DNA of 63,563 nt, filler included, from Octopus bimaculoides (GCF_001194135.2; 9 parts of 8 records of this genome joined end to end with filler, not necessarily neighbours in it); one strand, 5' to 3'. Positions 1 to 13,074 are shown, counted from the first letter of the whole stretch. Translations and numbers: made by a program. The notes: generated by a model not told the origin, from the sequence alone.

Positions 1-37
<37 letters not shown>

Positions 38-101
38 AGATTTCTCTCTTTCCATTGACATGTAACTAGATTCATGTAAAAGTGCAAAGGCAATTCACCA
101 C

Positions 102-154
<53 letters not shown>

Positions 155-343
155 TTGGGAATGTGTTTGATAGAGAGAGAGAGTGAGATGGCAGGAGAGA
201 GATAGAGAGGTAGATGTTCTGAGAAGAGAAGATGTGTTGTAGTAGGGCGAGTGGGACACGAAGTGAAGTAGTATATCCTGACAGAGATTCGCAAATACCT
301 GAATACATGTAACAAACAAATATAGGGAGAAAGAAAGAATGAA

Positions 344-410
<67 letters not shown>

Positions 411-1549
411 NNNNNNNNNNNNNNNNNNNNNNNNNNNNNNNNNNNNNNNNNNNNNNNNNNNNNNNNNNNNNNNNNNNNNNNNNNNNNNNNNNNNNNNNNN
501 NNNNNNNNNNNNNNNNNNNNNNNNNNNNNNNNNNNNNNNNNNNNNNNNNNNNNNNNNNNNNNNNNNNNNNNNNNNNNNNNNNNNNNNNNNNNNNNNNNNN
601 NNNNNNNNNNNNNNNNNNNNNNNNNNNNNNNNNNNNNNNNNNNNNNNNNNNNNNNNNNNNNNNNNNNNNNNNNNNNNNNNNNNNNNNNNNNNNNNNNNNN
701 NNNNNNNNNNNNNNNNNNNNNNNNNNNNNNNNNNNNNNNNNNNNNNNNNNNNNNNNNNNNNNNNNNNNNNNNNNNNNNNNNNNNNNNNNNNNNNNNNNNN
801 NNNNNNNNNNNNNNNNNNNNNNNNNNNNNNNNNNNNNNNNNNNNNNNNNNNNNNNNNNNNNNNNNNNNNNNNNNNNNNNNNNNNNNNNNNNNNNNNNNNN
901 NNNNNNNNNNNNNNNNNNNNNNNNNNNNNNNNNNNNNNNNNNNNNNNNNNNNNNNNNNNNNNNNNNNNNNNNNNNNNNNNNNNNNNNNNNNNNNNNNNNN
1001 NNNNNNNNNNNNNNNNNNNNNNNNNNNNNNNNNNNNNNNNNNNNNNNNNNNNNNNNNNNNNNNNNNNNNNNNNNNNNNNNNNNNNNNNNNNNNNNNNNNN
1101 NNNNNNNNNNNNNNNNNNNNNNNNNNNNNNNNNNNNNNNNNNNNNNNNNNNNNNNNNNNNNNNNNNNNNNNNNNNNNNNNNNNNNNNNNNNNNNNNNNNN
1201 NNNNNNNNNNNNNNNNNNNNNNNNNNNNNNNNNNNNNNNNNNNNNNNNNNNNNNNNNNNNNNNNNNNNNNNNNNNNNNNNNNNNNNNNNNNNNNNNNNNN
1301 NNNNNNNNNNNNNNNNNNNNNNNNNNNNNNNNNNNNNNNNNNNNNNNNNNNNNNNNNNNNNNNNNNNNNNNNNNNNNNNNNNNNNNNNNNNNNNCAGACA
1401 AACATGCAGGCATACTGACGTATTACTTTTTCAGGGGAGAAATAGTTGTGTGTGTGTATGCGTGTAAGTGCATTGTTTTAGTGTGTGCGTGCATGTGTGG
1501 GTGTGTGTGAGAGAAAGTGTGAGGTATTGAGAGATAGTGGGAGAGGAAA

Positions 1550-1606
<57 letters not shown>

Positions 1607-1859
1607 TAGAGAGAGAGAGAGAAAAGGGGAGAGAGATATATATAGGGTCGTAGAAAGTATGAAATGTATAAAGATTATGGATGTGAATGCGAGATGCATA
1701 CATACATATATAACTCCATACACACACATACATACATAAATATATGCATACATCTGCTCATAGTTACGAACAAATGCATACATATTTATACATTCATACA
1801 TACACACATAAATATACATACGTACGTAAATATTCACAAACATATACATCTGTGAATAC

Positions 1860-1895
<36 letters not shown>

Positions 1896-3293
1896 GGATA
1901 TAAACATCGGCGTCAAATCTCTTTCNNNNNNNNNNNNNNNNNNNNNNNNNNNNNNNNNNNNNNNNNNNNNNNNNNNNNNNNNNNNNNNNNNNNNNNNNNN
2001 NNNNNNNNNNNNNNNNNNNNNNNNNNNNNNNNNNNNNNNNNNNNNNNNNNNNNNNNNNNNNNNNNNNNNNNNNNNNNNNNNNNNNNNNNNNNNNNNNNNN
2101 NNNNNNNNNNNNNNNNNNNNNNNNNNNNNNNNNNNNNNNNNNNNNNNNNNNNNNNNNNNNNNNNNNNNNNNNNNNNNNNNNNNNNNNNNNNNNNNNNNNN
2201 NNNNNNNNNNNNNNNNNNNNNNNNNNNNNNNNNNNNNNNNNNNNNNNNNNNNNNNNNNNNNNNNNNNNNNNNNNNNNNNNNNNNNNNNNNNNNNNNNNNN
2301 NNNNNNNNNNNNNNNNNNNNNNNNNNNNNNNNNNNNATATATATATATATACATACACACTTATATTTCAACAGAAATATATTTTTGTACTCCAGGCCCG
2401 AAATTTTTGAGAAAGGGGCCAGTCGATTAGATCGACCCCGGTGCACAACTGGTACTTAATGTATCGACTCCGAAAGGATGAAAGGCAAAGTCGACCTCGG
2501 CGGATTTATGCAGAAATATTGACATAGGAATATATATTACAATTTTAAAATGAAACGGGAGTAAGAGAGATGGGGGACGTAGAGAAACAGACAGACGAAA
2601 GAGAGAGAGAGAGAGAGAGAGAGAGAATTAGATAGAGAGAGAGAGAAAGAGAAATAGAGAGGCAGAAAGAGAGGGTTGGGTGAGTAGTGGGGAGGGAAGA
2701 ACCGGACAGACAGACAGGCAAACAGACAGACAATAGTCCGACAGATTGACACGTCAATTTATTAATATGTAACGGAGGGGAGTTGGGGAGAGAATATGAG
2801 AGAGAGTGGTGGGGGGAGATATTGAGAAGAGAAATGTAAGAACACCAGAGAGAGGGTGAGAAGGAGAATGAGAGAGAGAGAGAGAGAGAGAGCATGAGAT
2901 AGGTAGTGAGTGATTGAGTGAGAGAGAGGGATGGAGGGGAGAAGTTAGAAGTGAATGTGTGAAAACGTGAAAATGTGAGAGTTTAGGAAAGAGTGAGATA
3001 CAGAGAGGGAGAGAAAAGGGGAGAGAAAGCGGGAGAGATACATAGAAAGAAGACATGAAAGAGAACGAAGATAAGAGAGAGAAATCAGAGAAAGAGTAAG
3101 ATACAGAAAGAGAGGAGAGAGAGAGAGAGAGAGAATGGGAGAGAGTGTAGGAAAGATACAGAGAGGTGAGTAGAAAGAGAGAGGGTGAAATTACAATGAT
3201 AAAGAGTAAGATACACATATATAAAGAGAGAGTTAGAGAGAGATTAAGGGAATAGGAGAGAGGTGCAGAGAAGGGAGGTGAAAAGGAACTTGG

Positions 3294-3324
<31 letters not shown>

Positions 3325-4460
3325 AAGAGGAAACGAACACGTGAAAGAGTAAGAGACACAAAGAGAGAGAGGGAAAGAGATATAGAGAGAGAGGATGAAA
3401 GGAAACGTTAAAGTGATGGGGAGAGATAGAGAGAGATAGAGAGAGGGAGAGAGAGCTGAAGAAAGAATAACAGAGAGATGAGAGAGAGAGAAATGTCAAG
3501 GGGGAAGAGAGTGAGTTATTGAAAGACAAAACGCATGGGAGTTAGGTGGGGGTGAGAGAGAAAAAGAGAGAGGGAGAGAGAGTGAAAGTTACCTGAGGGA
3601 GAAGGGGAGGAGAGATAGACAAGCAGACGATCAGACAAATATTGCAGTATTGACGTATACATGAATAAATTATCTATGAGAGGAGGAGGGTGTGTGTGAC
3701 AATATGAGAGAGATATAGAGGAGTGAAGGGAAGAGTGTGAGAGGAAGGTAATCGTATAAGAGAGGGACTTTTGAGAGAAAGAGGGAGATAAAGGAGTGAG
3801 GGAAAATAGAATGAGAGAGAGAGAGAGAGAGAGAGAGATTGCGAGGGGAAGTATGAGAGAGAGGCAAATAACGAAAGAGAAACAAAGGGAAAAAGAGGGG
3901 AAAAGATACTGAAAGACTATTGGAGGGAATGAGAAAGATAAAATATGGGAGAGAGAGAGAGAGAGAGAGATGGAGAGAGAGAGAGAGAGGAGTAAAATAA
4001 GGCAGAGTTGTACGGAATGAGTGAATATGTGAGAGGGAAAGTATGAGACTATTTAGGTTATAGAGAGGGGGGAAGACGGGAGAGGTAGAGAGAGAGAGAG
4101 AGAGAGAAAGGAAGATAAAGATAATGAGTGAATTGGGGAGGAATAGGTAGATAGATTGATGAATAGACAAAGAGAGGGAGAGAGAGAGAGAGAGAGTAAG
4201 AGATAGATAGATAGATAGATAGAGGGGAAAGGGAGAGAGAGGAGAGTAAAACAGAGATAGTAAAGGAGAAAGAGGCGGAGATAACAGGAATATTTCTTTT
4301 CGTATGAATATATTATTTCAAGAGAAATGGTAGGACGAACAGACAGACGAAACAGACAGACAGACAAAGAGGCAGTCAGACGGACAGGGAGACGAAACAG
4401 AGATACAGGCAGAAAGATATAATGTTTGATTGATATGTATGATGGTGATGATGGTGATGA
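1..4460. repeat. (TA)n/(TG)n/(GA)n microsatellites and a ~1.9-kb purine-rich GA low-complexity tract (2555-4420), interrupted by two N gaps
   Basis: Directly visible simple repeats; the LSLS/ERER/HTHT ORFs here are their translations. Confidence 0.95.
2385..2508 (-). mobile_element. tRNA-derived SINE fragment (conserved 'GCCTTTCATCCTTTCGGGGTCGATAAA' central domain)
   Basis: Reverse complement matches the + strand copy at 54565-54800 (…gccgaggtcgactttgcctttcatcctttcggagtcgatacattaagtaccag). Confidence 0.85.
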
Positions 4461-4628
4461 TGGTGATGCAGTGTTTGGTTATTTTTAACCCCAGGTCAGC
4501 CATAAATGACCACAACCATGGTCAAAGGTATTCTAAATATGCCTAGACACGGGAATAAACACACACACACGCACGCAGACAATGTGTATTAAATGTATAT
4601 ATTTCTATCTTTAACTATCTATCTATCT

Positions 4629-4674
<46 letters not shown>

Positions 4675-5548
4675 ATAAAGTGACAGAGAGTACAAGGCAA
4701 TACCTGCATTGCTAGTAATAAGTGTCAAAATGACTCATTAGACACAAAGAAGTTTACTAAGATAGTACTTGCGGTTCGGCAAAAGAGACCGATACAATAA
4801 ATACCAGGCTTAACAAAGTATAAGAAGTGCGGTCGATTCATTCTTCTAGAAAAAAAATTCTTCGAAGTGGTGCCGCAGCATGGCCGTGATGTAATGACTA
4901 AAACAAGTGAAAGAATAAAATATACACACACACAAACACGCATATATACATACGACGGGTTGCTTTCAGTTTCCGTCAACCAAATTCACTCACCCGAAAC
5001 GCAAAGCCCTTCCCTTCCTCCCCGGCACCTCAATCCATCTCCGCCACGGTCATGCTCCATATTCCCGTCGATGGAGCACCATGCTGCACACACTAATATG
5101 CAGTAATGCATTGTGGGCAGTGCAACGTGACAGTTAGGGCATATAGCACTCTCTTCCCTTATGTCAACGTGATAGTAGAGGTGGTAGTAGACGGAGTGGT
5201 TGGAGTAGTGGTGGCGGTGGTGGATGTAGTATCTATCATTACAACGAATTAAATGATGGTGTTGGTGGGTGTGATATCAGAACTTTCAAATAAGGAAGAA
5301 GATTCATAATGTACACATATTTAATGTACTTAGGTACTTTTTGCGAACGTCCTAAAGATTCTAGTGGATGGTAATCATGCAGACTGCTGTTTCATTCTTT
5401 TTAGAATTCCCCAGCATGGATGTGTGTAGTAAGAAGTTTGCTTCCAAATCACATGATTCTAGATGCAGTCCCACTGCGTGGCTCCTGCGTGGCACCAGAT
5501 GCAGTCCCACCTCGGGCCGACCAAAGCCTTGTGAGTGGATTTAGTAGA

Positions 5549-5648
5549 NNNNNNNNNNNNNNNNNNNNNNNNNNNNNNNNNNNNNNNNNNNNTTAATTAA
5601 TTAANNNNNNNNNNNNNNNNNNNNNNNNNNNNNNNNNNNNNNNNNNNN
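5549..5648. other. Artificial scaffold spacer N44-TTAATTAATTAA-N44 (stop codons in all six frames)
   Basis: The identical 12-mer in a 100-nt N block also occurs at 22091, 25265, 32967, 52680, 57339, 59737 and 62127. Confidence 0.95.
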
Positions 5649-6102
5649 CTACCTCAACCCTGACCTTACAAACATATGACCAAAGATGTTTAAATCATGA
5701 CCACTCCCTCTTTTGTAAACACCATTTCCTAACAAAACTGACTTTTTGCCTCATCAGTTTTTGTTTTTAATTAATCATAAAACGATATTTCAATCACAAA
5801 AAAAAAATTAATTTTCTTTAGTGGTTGTTGTTTTAGTTCCATTTCACTTTTGACCAAGCACACTAATGACCATCCCATCTTTTGTTCGAGTACAGTGTAC
5901 TTCAAGCTACATTTTTCAATGAGCCCTTCTTTTTTTAAGACAACTGAGGAGTGGCCCCTAGTCTTTTTGATGTCAAGGTGCACTGGAGATCAAGCATTTT
6001 CTATTATGGCCCTCAATCAATCAAAGCCTTTTGAGTGGATTTGGTTGGCAGAAACTGAAAGCTTGCCATTCATGTGTGTGTGTGTGCATATATAAATATA
6101 TA

Positions 6103-6133
<31 letters not shown>

Positions 6134-6838
6134 GTGTATACATATGCATGTGTGTGTGTGTGCACATGTGTGTGTATGTGTGTGTCTTCTTGCTTTGACA
6201 TCACATGATAATTGCAAGCAAGTATCACCATCATGCAAGCAGTGTCTTTCATTTCCAATCTTCCATGAAGACATGCCTCATCATGAGGAAATATTACCTT
6301 ACTTTGAAACAGGTGAGGGTTGGTGATAACAAATGTACTCAACTGTAAAAAAATCCACCTCAACAAATTCCATGACCCATGCATGCATGAAAAAGTGGAC
6401 ATCAAAATGATGATGTCTTCATGTGGTAAGTTAAAAATTACCAACACATTTTGTAAATTAAAAGAAAGAAATGTTTTATAATCTTAAAATTTTGAGAATA
6501 TATAGAAAACTATTTTTGCCTTGATTTATTAATCATTTCATTACTACAATTCTGTTGAAATATGCTTTCTTTCTTTCAATTAATTTTTGAAATAAAATAA
6601 AGAAGAATTTTGCAAAATAACTTCATCACTATTAAACTGGTGTTTGAAACAAATTAACATGAAATTTTGATAGGTTTTAATTTATATTACTTCAAACAGA
6701 AAGTTTGTATTATAGAGCTAGGGGCAGTCTCATGTTGGTTGGTATTAAAAGAGTTAATCATACTTTTGTATAACAAATTTATTAATAACTCATTTTTGAA
6801 AACTATTAACAGTCACTATGGATTTTCTAAAACCTTAA

Positions 6839-7475
6839 CCCTTTAGCAATTAAACCAGCCATATCTTGTCTAAATATTTTATCTGTTTTATGTTCAACCT
6901 AGCCAGATTCGGACTCTCACATTTACCCTACAATGTCATTCGAAAAATAAACAATCATTTCATCAAAATCTCATAGCTACAAAATAATAATTGACTAAAT
7001 GCAATGATACTACCAGTTCAAATATGCTTGTGGCATGTTTGGATTAATAAACAAGCCATTCACTGTGTTTTGTTATGGAGAAAATTTCTTGCTGTTGACA
7101 GTGGTGTAAATTCACCTAAATCAGTTTGCAGCCCCTGCTTTCTAGACTGTGAGATGCAGCATTTTGAAGTATTTGGTCACAGACACTGGGCGGAGGGCAC
7201 TGTAAACTGATGAGAGTGATTCTCTAATAGTATTTCAGTCAGTATATGAGGGCTGATAACACTACACAGCAGCTCACCATAAGTAAATTACTAAGAAGGA
7301 ACGTTAAAGTAGTGATATGTATAAATGCAATGTTACTACAAGTTCATTTATGCTTGTGGCATATTTGGACAAATAAACATGTCATTCACTGTGTTTTGTC
7401 ACAGAGAAAATTTCTCGCTAAACAGTGTGAATCAATAAGTATTACATTTGACAGAGTAATGTGAATTCTAAAGGG
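6839..7475. mobile_element. piggyBac-type non-autonomous element (MITE)
   Basis: TTAA|CCCTTTAG at the left end and CTAAAGGG|TTAA at the right end (TTAA TSD, CCC…GGG termini); internal ~85-bp imperfect direct repeat at ~7006-7090 and ~7330-7420. Confidence 0.8.
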
Positions 7476-7599
7476 TTAAATTATATTTTAAACATTTGTG
7501 TAGGCTTATTCCCCATATTTTTAGTCTGTAGGTAGCCACAACAAGACACACATCAGGCATTCCATTCATTTTCCAGCTCAAAGAGGCAAGCCTCGTTCT

Positions 7600-9250
7600 A
7601 TGCTCAGGTCAAGGCATAGAATGCAACCCCCAATATCAGCAGCAGGGCCCGACATCATATGCTAGTTTACCCCCACTGCATTATGCTGGTTCCATACCTC
7701 TTTGAGCAACATCAAATTCACTCATCTGTCCACAAACACTCTCTAAGTTTACTTATCATTTATAAACTCTCTTGCCTCTCTCACTCCAACACCTCTAACC
7801 ACCAAAGCTTTCCTCACTCCATCCATCCACACAAACCGAGGTCTGCTTCTGGTTCTGCTGTCTACCACTTCTACCTTCATCACCCTCCTTACCATTTGCT
7901 CCTCATCCATCTTCTTCATGTGGCCAAGCCACCTCAACATTCGTCTATCCATTTTGGTTGTTAGTTTTTCTCTCATTCCTGTTCACCTTCTCATCCTGTC
8001 CGTCCGTGTCACATCAGCCATAGCCCTCAGCCCCATCTAACATTGTCAGCATATTCACACCCTCATACACACCTCTTTTTGCTTTCATACTCAACCTTTT
8101 ATCTCTCAGCATATCTTTCACAACTCCAAGTATCTTACTCCCCTCCCTCACTCTGTATCCCACCTCCTCAGCCAATCCCACCATCCACCATCACATGTGA
8201 TCCTAGATACTTGAAAACACTCATCTCCTCTAACACCTCACCATTTATACTCACATCCATCCTACCAGCCCTTCCATCTCTCGAACATCTCACCACCTTA
8301 CTCTTAACTACATTCACTTTCAGTTTCTTCCTCTCACACACTCCTCCAAACTCCACCACCAGTCTCCTCAGTTGCTCTTCTGAATCCACCACCATTGATG
8401 TATCATCAGCAAGCAACAACTGACTCACCTGCCATTTCTCTCCATTTTCTCCCACCATTTGGGTTCCCCTACCAAAGGTTCTAGCATTTACCTCTTTCAC
8501 CACACCATCCATATATAAATTAAACAGCCACAGAGACATCACACAACCCTGTCTTAACCCCACCTTCACATCAAACCACTCACTTCACCACCCACCCTAA
8601 CACATGCCCTACTTTCTCTATAAAAACTCTGAACAGCTCTCAACAATCTACTATCTATTCCATACAACCACAACACCTGCCACATTGCATCCCTATCCAC
8701 ACGGTCATATGCTTTCTAAGGTCCATAAAGACCCAATACACCTCCCTCCCTTTTGCCAAAAACTTCTCACACATCCGCCTTACTACAAATATCTGATCTG
8801 CACACCTGCTTCCACTCCTAAAACCACACTGCTCCTCCCCTAGTACACTCTGTCTGGTTTCTTGCCCTATCAATCAGAATTCTCTCATACAGTTTACCAA
8901 CCACACACAACAGACTTATACCCCTAAAAATTTCCACACTCACATTTATCCCCTTTCCCCTTGTACAATGGCACTACGCAGGCACTGCGCCAGTCCTTTG
9001 GTACTCTTCCAGCTATGTAACAAACATTCATAAGCCTCACTAACCATTCAATCACTGTCACTCCTCCTTTCTTTAGGCATTCCACTGTACACTCATCTAT
9101 ACCTGGCGCCTTCCAGTTTGCCATCTTCCACAAGGATTCCCTCACCTCTTCTCTTCCAATTGCACTATAGTTCCATTCCCCAGCAACAGGCATTCTTCTC
9201 TCTCCTCCTACAGCCACTATATTTGCCTCCCTAACATCCTCCACATTTAA
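7600..9250 (-). mobile_element. 5'-truncated, frameshifted RTE-clade LINE (reverse transcriptase and C-terminus)
   Basis: Successive ORFs give KAPGIDE…WRSACVVPLYKGKGDK, EEQCGFRSG…DQIF…FMDL, GLRQGCVMS…LLLADD…KVNVVKSKV…FKYLG and RWLGHM…RPR. Confidence 0.95.
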
Positions 9251-9537
9251 CTAGTCTGGTGGCCAAAGGAATTTGAAGTTCCTGCTCATAAATTAGTGCA
9301 GATTATAAAAGGTTCTGGATCATCAGTATCTAGAAAGTTGGTATTGTACCTGCATCCTTGCACTCCTTTAATCTAAGATAAAGATTTTGATATTTTTTTT
9401 TAGGCACAAGTGTGGTTATGTGGTTGAGAATTCTCAACTACATGGTTTTGGATACACTCTCACAGCATGACACTTTGGGGGTCAATAAAAACATTGTAAG
9501 GAGATTTGGTAGATAGAAACTGAAAGAGGCCTGTTGT

Positions 9538-9591
<54 letters not shown>

Positions 9592-10122
9592 ATGCATGTG
9601 TGCATGTATGTGTGTGAGCATATGTATGTTTGTGTCTCCTTGCTTTGACAGCGTATGATAGTTATAGATTACTGTCACCAATATATACTGATTGGCAAAG
9701 GTTCAGTTACTAACATATATTTCCTACTTTTCTGTCTGCTTCTTCAACTCCTTCTGCAGTGATCATTGGCTAGTACTGAGCTATATGTATATATACAAAC
9801 AATCCACACAAATACAAATTCACATGATGCATCATCTCTTCTTTCTCATCTTTATTATGCCTCATTCCGCAATTTCTACTCTTAACAGCTTTTTTGCCAA
9901 TCCTAGTCCTCTTACATTCTCTTCTGTTCATGTTTTCTCCTTGAACATCAATTTACAGATGGATAATACAGAGAATTATGTGCATATATAATCAATTGTT
10001 TCATCAAATTCACCACATACTTGACATAATCCATTTCAATCTCTTATTTATTTTATTATTTTATTATTTTTTTTTTTTTTGAAGGGTGAATTTTCAGGGG
10101 CTTTTTTGTCTTTTTATTTTTT

Positions 10123-10245
10123 TTAATAGCAGCAAGCATGGGGACATTGAACTTGAGCTGCAATTATAAGCCCTTCTAATAATATCTTTAATTTCCTGCT
10201 GTCTAGTGTTTCATTCTGGCTTATCAATCTGTTTAGAGTATTTTC
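10123..10245 (-). CDS. Putative terminal coding exon of an unidentified spliced gene (ENTLNRLISQNETLDSRKLKILLEGLIIAAQVQCPHACCY*)
   Basis: Acceptor acaatttag|G, open in phase 0 to TAA at 10123-10125, phase matches the upstream exon; AATAAA signals follow at ~10047-10057. Confidence 0.6.
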   Translation of the reverse strand, partial: ENTLNRLISQNETLDSRKLKILLEGLIIAAQVQCPHACCY

Positions 10246-10697
10246 CTAAATTGTTAAAGTGTTGATAAAATGCCTTGTATTTATTCTGGCTCTTTCCATT
10301 CTAAATTTAAACCATGCCAAGGTCAACTTTACCTTTTATCCTTCCAGGATCAATAAAATAAAATGCCATTCAAGTACCTTGGTCAGTATAACTGACCAAG
10401 GTACAACTGCTCATTCAAAATTTCTCGCCTTATCTAAGAAATTATCATTATTGTTATTAGTAAAATAATTAATTCTCACTTTGGAACAAAGAGGAGGGTA
10501 TACAACTCCTTAAATCCTCCCCTGCATATAAATAATATTTATTTTATTGACATCAGTGAAAGACAAAATCACTTTCAACCATATTCTAATGAAATGAAAA
10601 GAAAATGAAGAAAAGTCATATCTCCAAACACATTGGGTTACTAGGCATCAATGAAATATATAACTTCATGTAGAGATTTAAGATAGAAAGCCATTAC

Positions 10698-10819
10698 CTT
10701 GTTGCCTACTGTGGGAGGAACCGAAGCCAGAACTACATAAAGCTTATGACAGCTCAATAGAATTGTATTTCTCATTGCAAAGAGCATTGAAATGTAATCC
10801 AATATATGTCTATTTGCAG
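10698..10819 (-). CDS. Putative internal exon (…ANRHILDYISMLFAMRNTILLSCHKLYVVLASVPPTVGNK)
   Basis: Acceptor tttgtccag| (an in-frame alternative lies 9 nt upstream), donor AAG|gtaatg, 122 nt open, phase 1 to 0. Confidence 0.65.
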
Positions 10820-11321
10820 CTGGACAAACTGGGATGCAAATATTTAACTACTTGTGTTTTCTAACAACAGAAAGCAATATACAAGATATGAACCACTGAT
10901 CTGTTTACTTTATTTTCCATGGAGTTTATTTTTTGAAAGAATCATGAAAGTGTTGAGAAAACCAATATTTTTTTTAAGCTTTCCATTCCCTATGGAGCAT
11001 AAGCCATCAACAACTTTTCTCCACTGTTCTCAACTATAACCTGTCTCTTAAGGCCTTCTCCCATGTCTTGTTGATTTTGAATTGTCATCGACTTTCCATA
11101 ACTTTGCATTTTCCTAGGTAGGAGTGTACATCCTATGCAAATCCATTTTTACCTCTAGAAAGAGGTGGCCTATATTAGACTGGCCTCTATCCTTTGACCT
11201 GTCCATCATAGGCAACCCTACCAAGCGCTTGTGCTCTGTTGACATAGCTCTCAAGGTCACTGAGAACACAAGTCACCACACAGCAACAAGGAATGGAGTT
11301 TGTGGTGGGAAGACAAAATAC

Positions 11322-11345
11322 CTTGCAGTATTTGTTCTGAGTCTT
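11322..11345 (-). CDS. Candidate 24-nt symmetric microexon (E-DSEQILQ) of the same gene
   Basis: Acceptor ctgattttaaacttag|, donor AAG|gtattt, phase 1 to 1, open in the required frame. Confidence 0.3.
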
Positions 11346-11474
11346 CTAAGTTTAAAATCAGCTAAGATCAATTTTGTTCTTCATAATCTGGTAGTTCACT
11401 ATGTATATAAATGAGAATCAGTGAAAAAAGGCATTTCAAAGATGGTCTACAGATACAAATATTAAAGAACTTCT

Positions 11475-12269
11475 GGAACTTTTCCCTTTCAATGGCAGAT
11501 CGAGAAATTAATTTTTTGTAACTAAACGCTTTCAGACTTCAGACACTGGTAGAATGTGTCATATAAAACATCTTTTACTTAGTGTTGTTGAGAAAAGTAG
11601 CTGTAAAACAGGAAAAGAAATCTAAAAGCAGTAGAAGTGCACAAATGATTATGGTGGTGCCATGAAGTAAACATGCTTCAGATACACTCGTTTATTCATA
11701 CAAACGTAACTGAGATGAAATATGTCATAAATAACAGTGACAAACGAAATATACACTGCCAGAAGTTGTTATACATATCATTAATTGGTTGAAATTACCT
11801 AAATACGACAACTTTAACACGAAATAACTTTGAAAAATATAAACTTTTCTCAACAACACTAAGAGTAAAANNNNNNNNNNTAGTGTTGTTGAGAAAAGTA
11901 GCTGTAAAACAGGAAAAGAAATCTAAAAGCAGTAGAAGTGCACAAATGATTATGGTGGTGCCATGAAGTAAACATGCTTCAGATACACTCGTTTATTCAT
12001 ACAAACGTAACTGAGATGAAATATGTCATAAATAACAGTGACAAACGAAATATACACTGCCAGAAGTTGTTATACATATCATTAATTGGTTGAAATTACC
12101 TAAATACGACAACTTTAACACGAAATAACTTTGAAAAATATAAACTTTTCTCAACAACACTAAGAGTAAAAGATATTTTATATGACACATTCTACCAGTG
12201 TCCGAAATTTGAAAGTGTTAAGTTACAAAAAATTAATTTCTTGATCTGCCGTTGAAAGGGAAAAGATCC
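11475..12269. mobile_element. Merlin-like MITE with long TIRs; ~290 bp of it is duplicated artefactually across a 10-N gap
   Basis: GGA(A/T)CTTTTCCCTTTCAA… termini, ~130-bp imperfect TIRs, 8-bp TSD GAACTTCT at 11467-11474 and 12270-12277. The Merlin label is inferred from GG termini plus an 8-bp TSD. Confidence 0.8.
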
Positions 12270-12942
12270 GAACTTCTCATAATACACAACTCTCAGAAAA
12301 TAATCAAATTGGTGATACATTAATCTAGTCTATCTATTCATTCAGAGAAATATGTTTTCAATAGAAAAAAATGATATTATTAAACGGTCTTTTTTGCTTT
12401 ACTTAATTACTACTAGCGGACGTTAAACAATGATATTTAACGACATGTATAGTATATTGTGGAATTTATTTTATTTCAATATCAAAGTTAACACCATATT
12501 ATGTTTCAACCAGAATTGTTTACTCCACTTTTTAAACAGATAATAAAGCTTAATTCTTGTGAGTTAAATGCTAAATTGCCGATGTTATAGTCAAACGAAT
12601 CAATTTTAATAAACATTAATTCTTAGCTATGTTCGTACAAATTAAATAATCGCATTATTTTCAGTTATTTTTTTTTTATCTGATCAATAATAAAATTCTA
12701 TTAATCTTATAACTAATAACATAAATGTTTCACAGATGTCTTCCTCAACAATGAATAATAAAGTCCTTATAACTGGGTTATTTTATACTTTAAAATGCAG
12801 AAGTCAGCTGAAGAAATTCTTCATACATCTCACTCCTTTTATCCTTGCAAAGATTAAATGAATGGCATATCAAAAGAGTGTCCTCTATAGACTAATACTT
12901 CACATGGACAGCAATCCATATCAAGTGTAAGCAACTCCTCAC

Positions 12943-12982
12943 CTGTAGATAATATTTTATCTATGTTCAGATTTGAAACTCT
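12943..12982 (-). CDS. Putative internal exon (RVSNLNIDKILST)
   Basis: Acceptor tactttgttaacag|, donor CAG|gtgagg, 40 nt open, phase 0 to 1, linking the 16330-16441 and 10698-10819 exons in frame. Confidence 0.6.
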
Positions 12983-13074
12983 CTGTTAACAAAGTATTTA
13001 AAAACCCATTAAAAAAAAAAAAACAATGCCTAATCTCTGAAACTGAAACAGTAATGCAATATAATTGCATACCA

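Noticed and set aside
72-4515. Long ORFs in the track (436, 359, 228, 201 aa and others)
   Set aside because: Composed of N-runs or dinucleotide-repeat translations.
11580-12171. Exact ~290-bp tandem duplication
   Set aside because: The copies are separated by a 10-N gap and are identical, so this is a contig-overlap artefact.
12736-12861. MSSSTMNNKVLITG… resembling an SDR N-terminus
   Set aside because: It lacks the GxxGxxG motif, has no usable donor, and stops after 41 codons.
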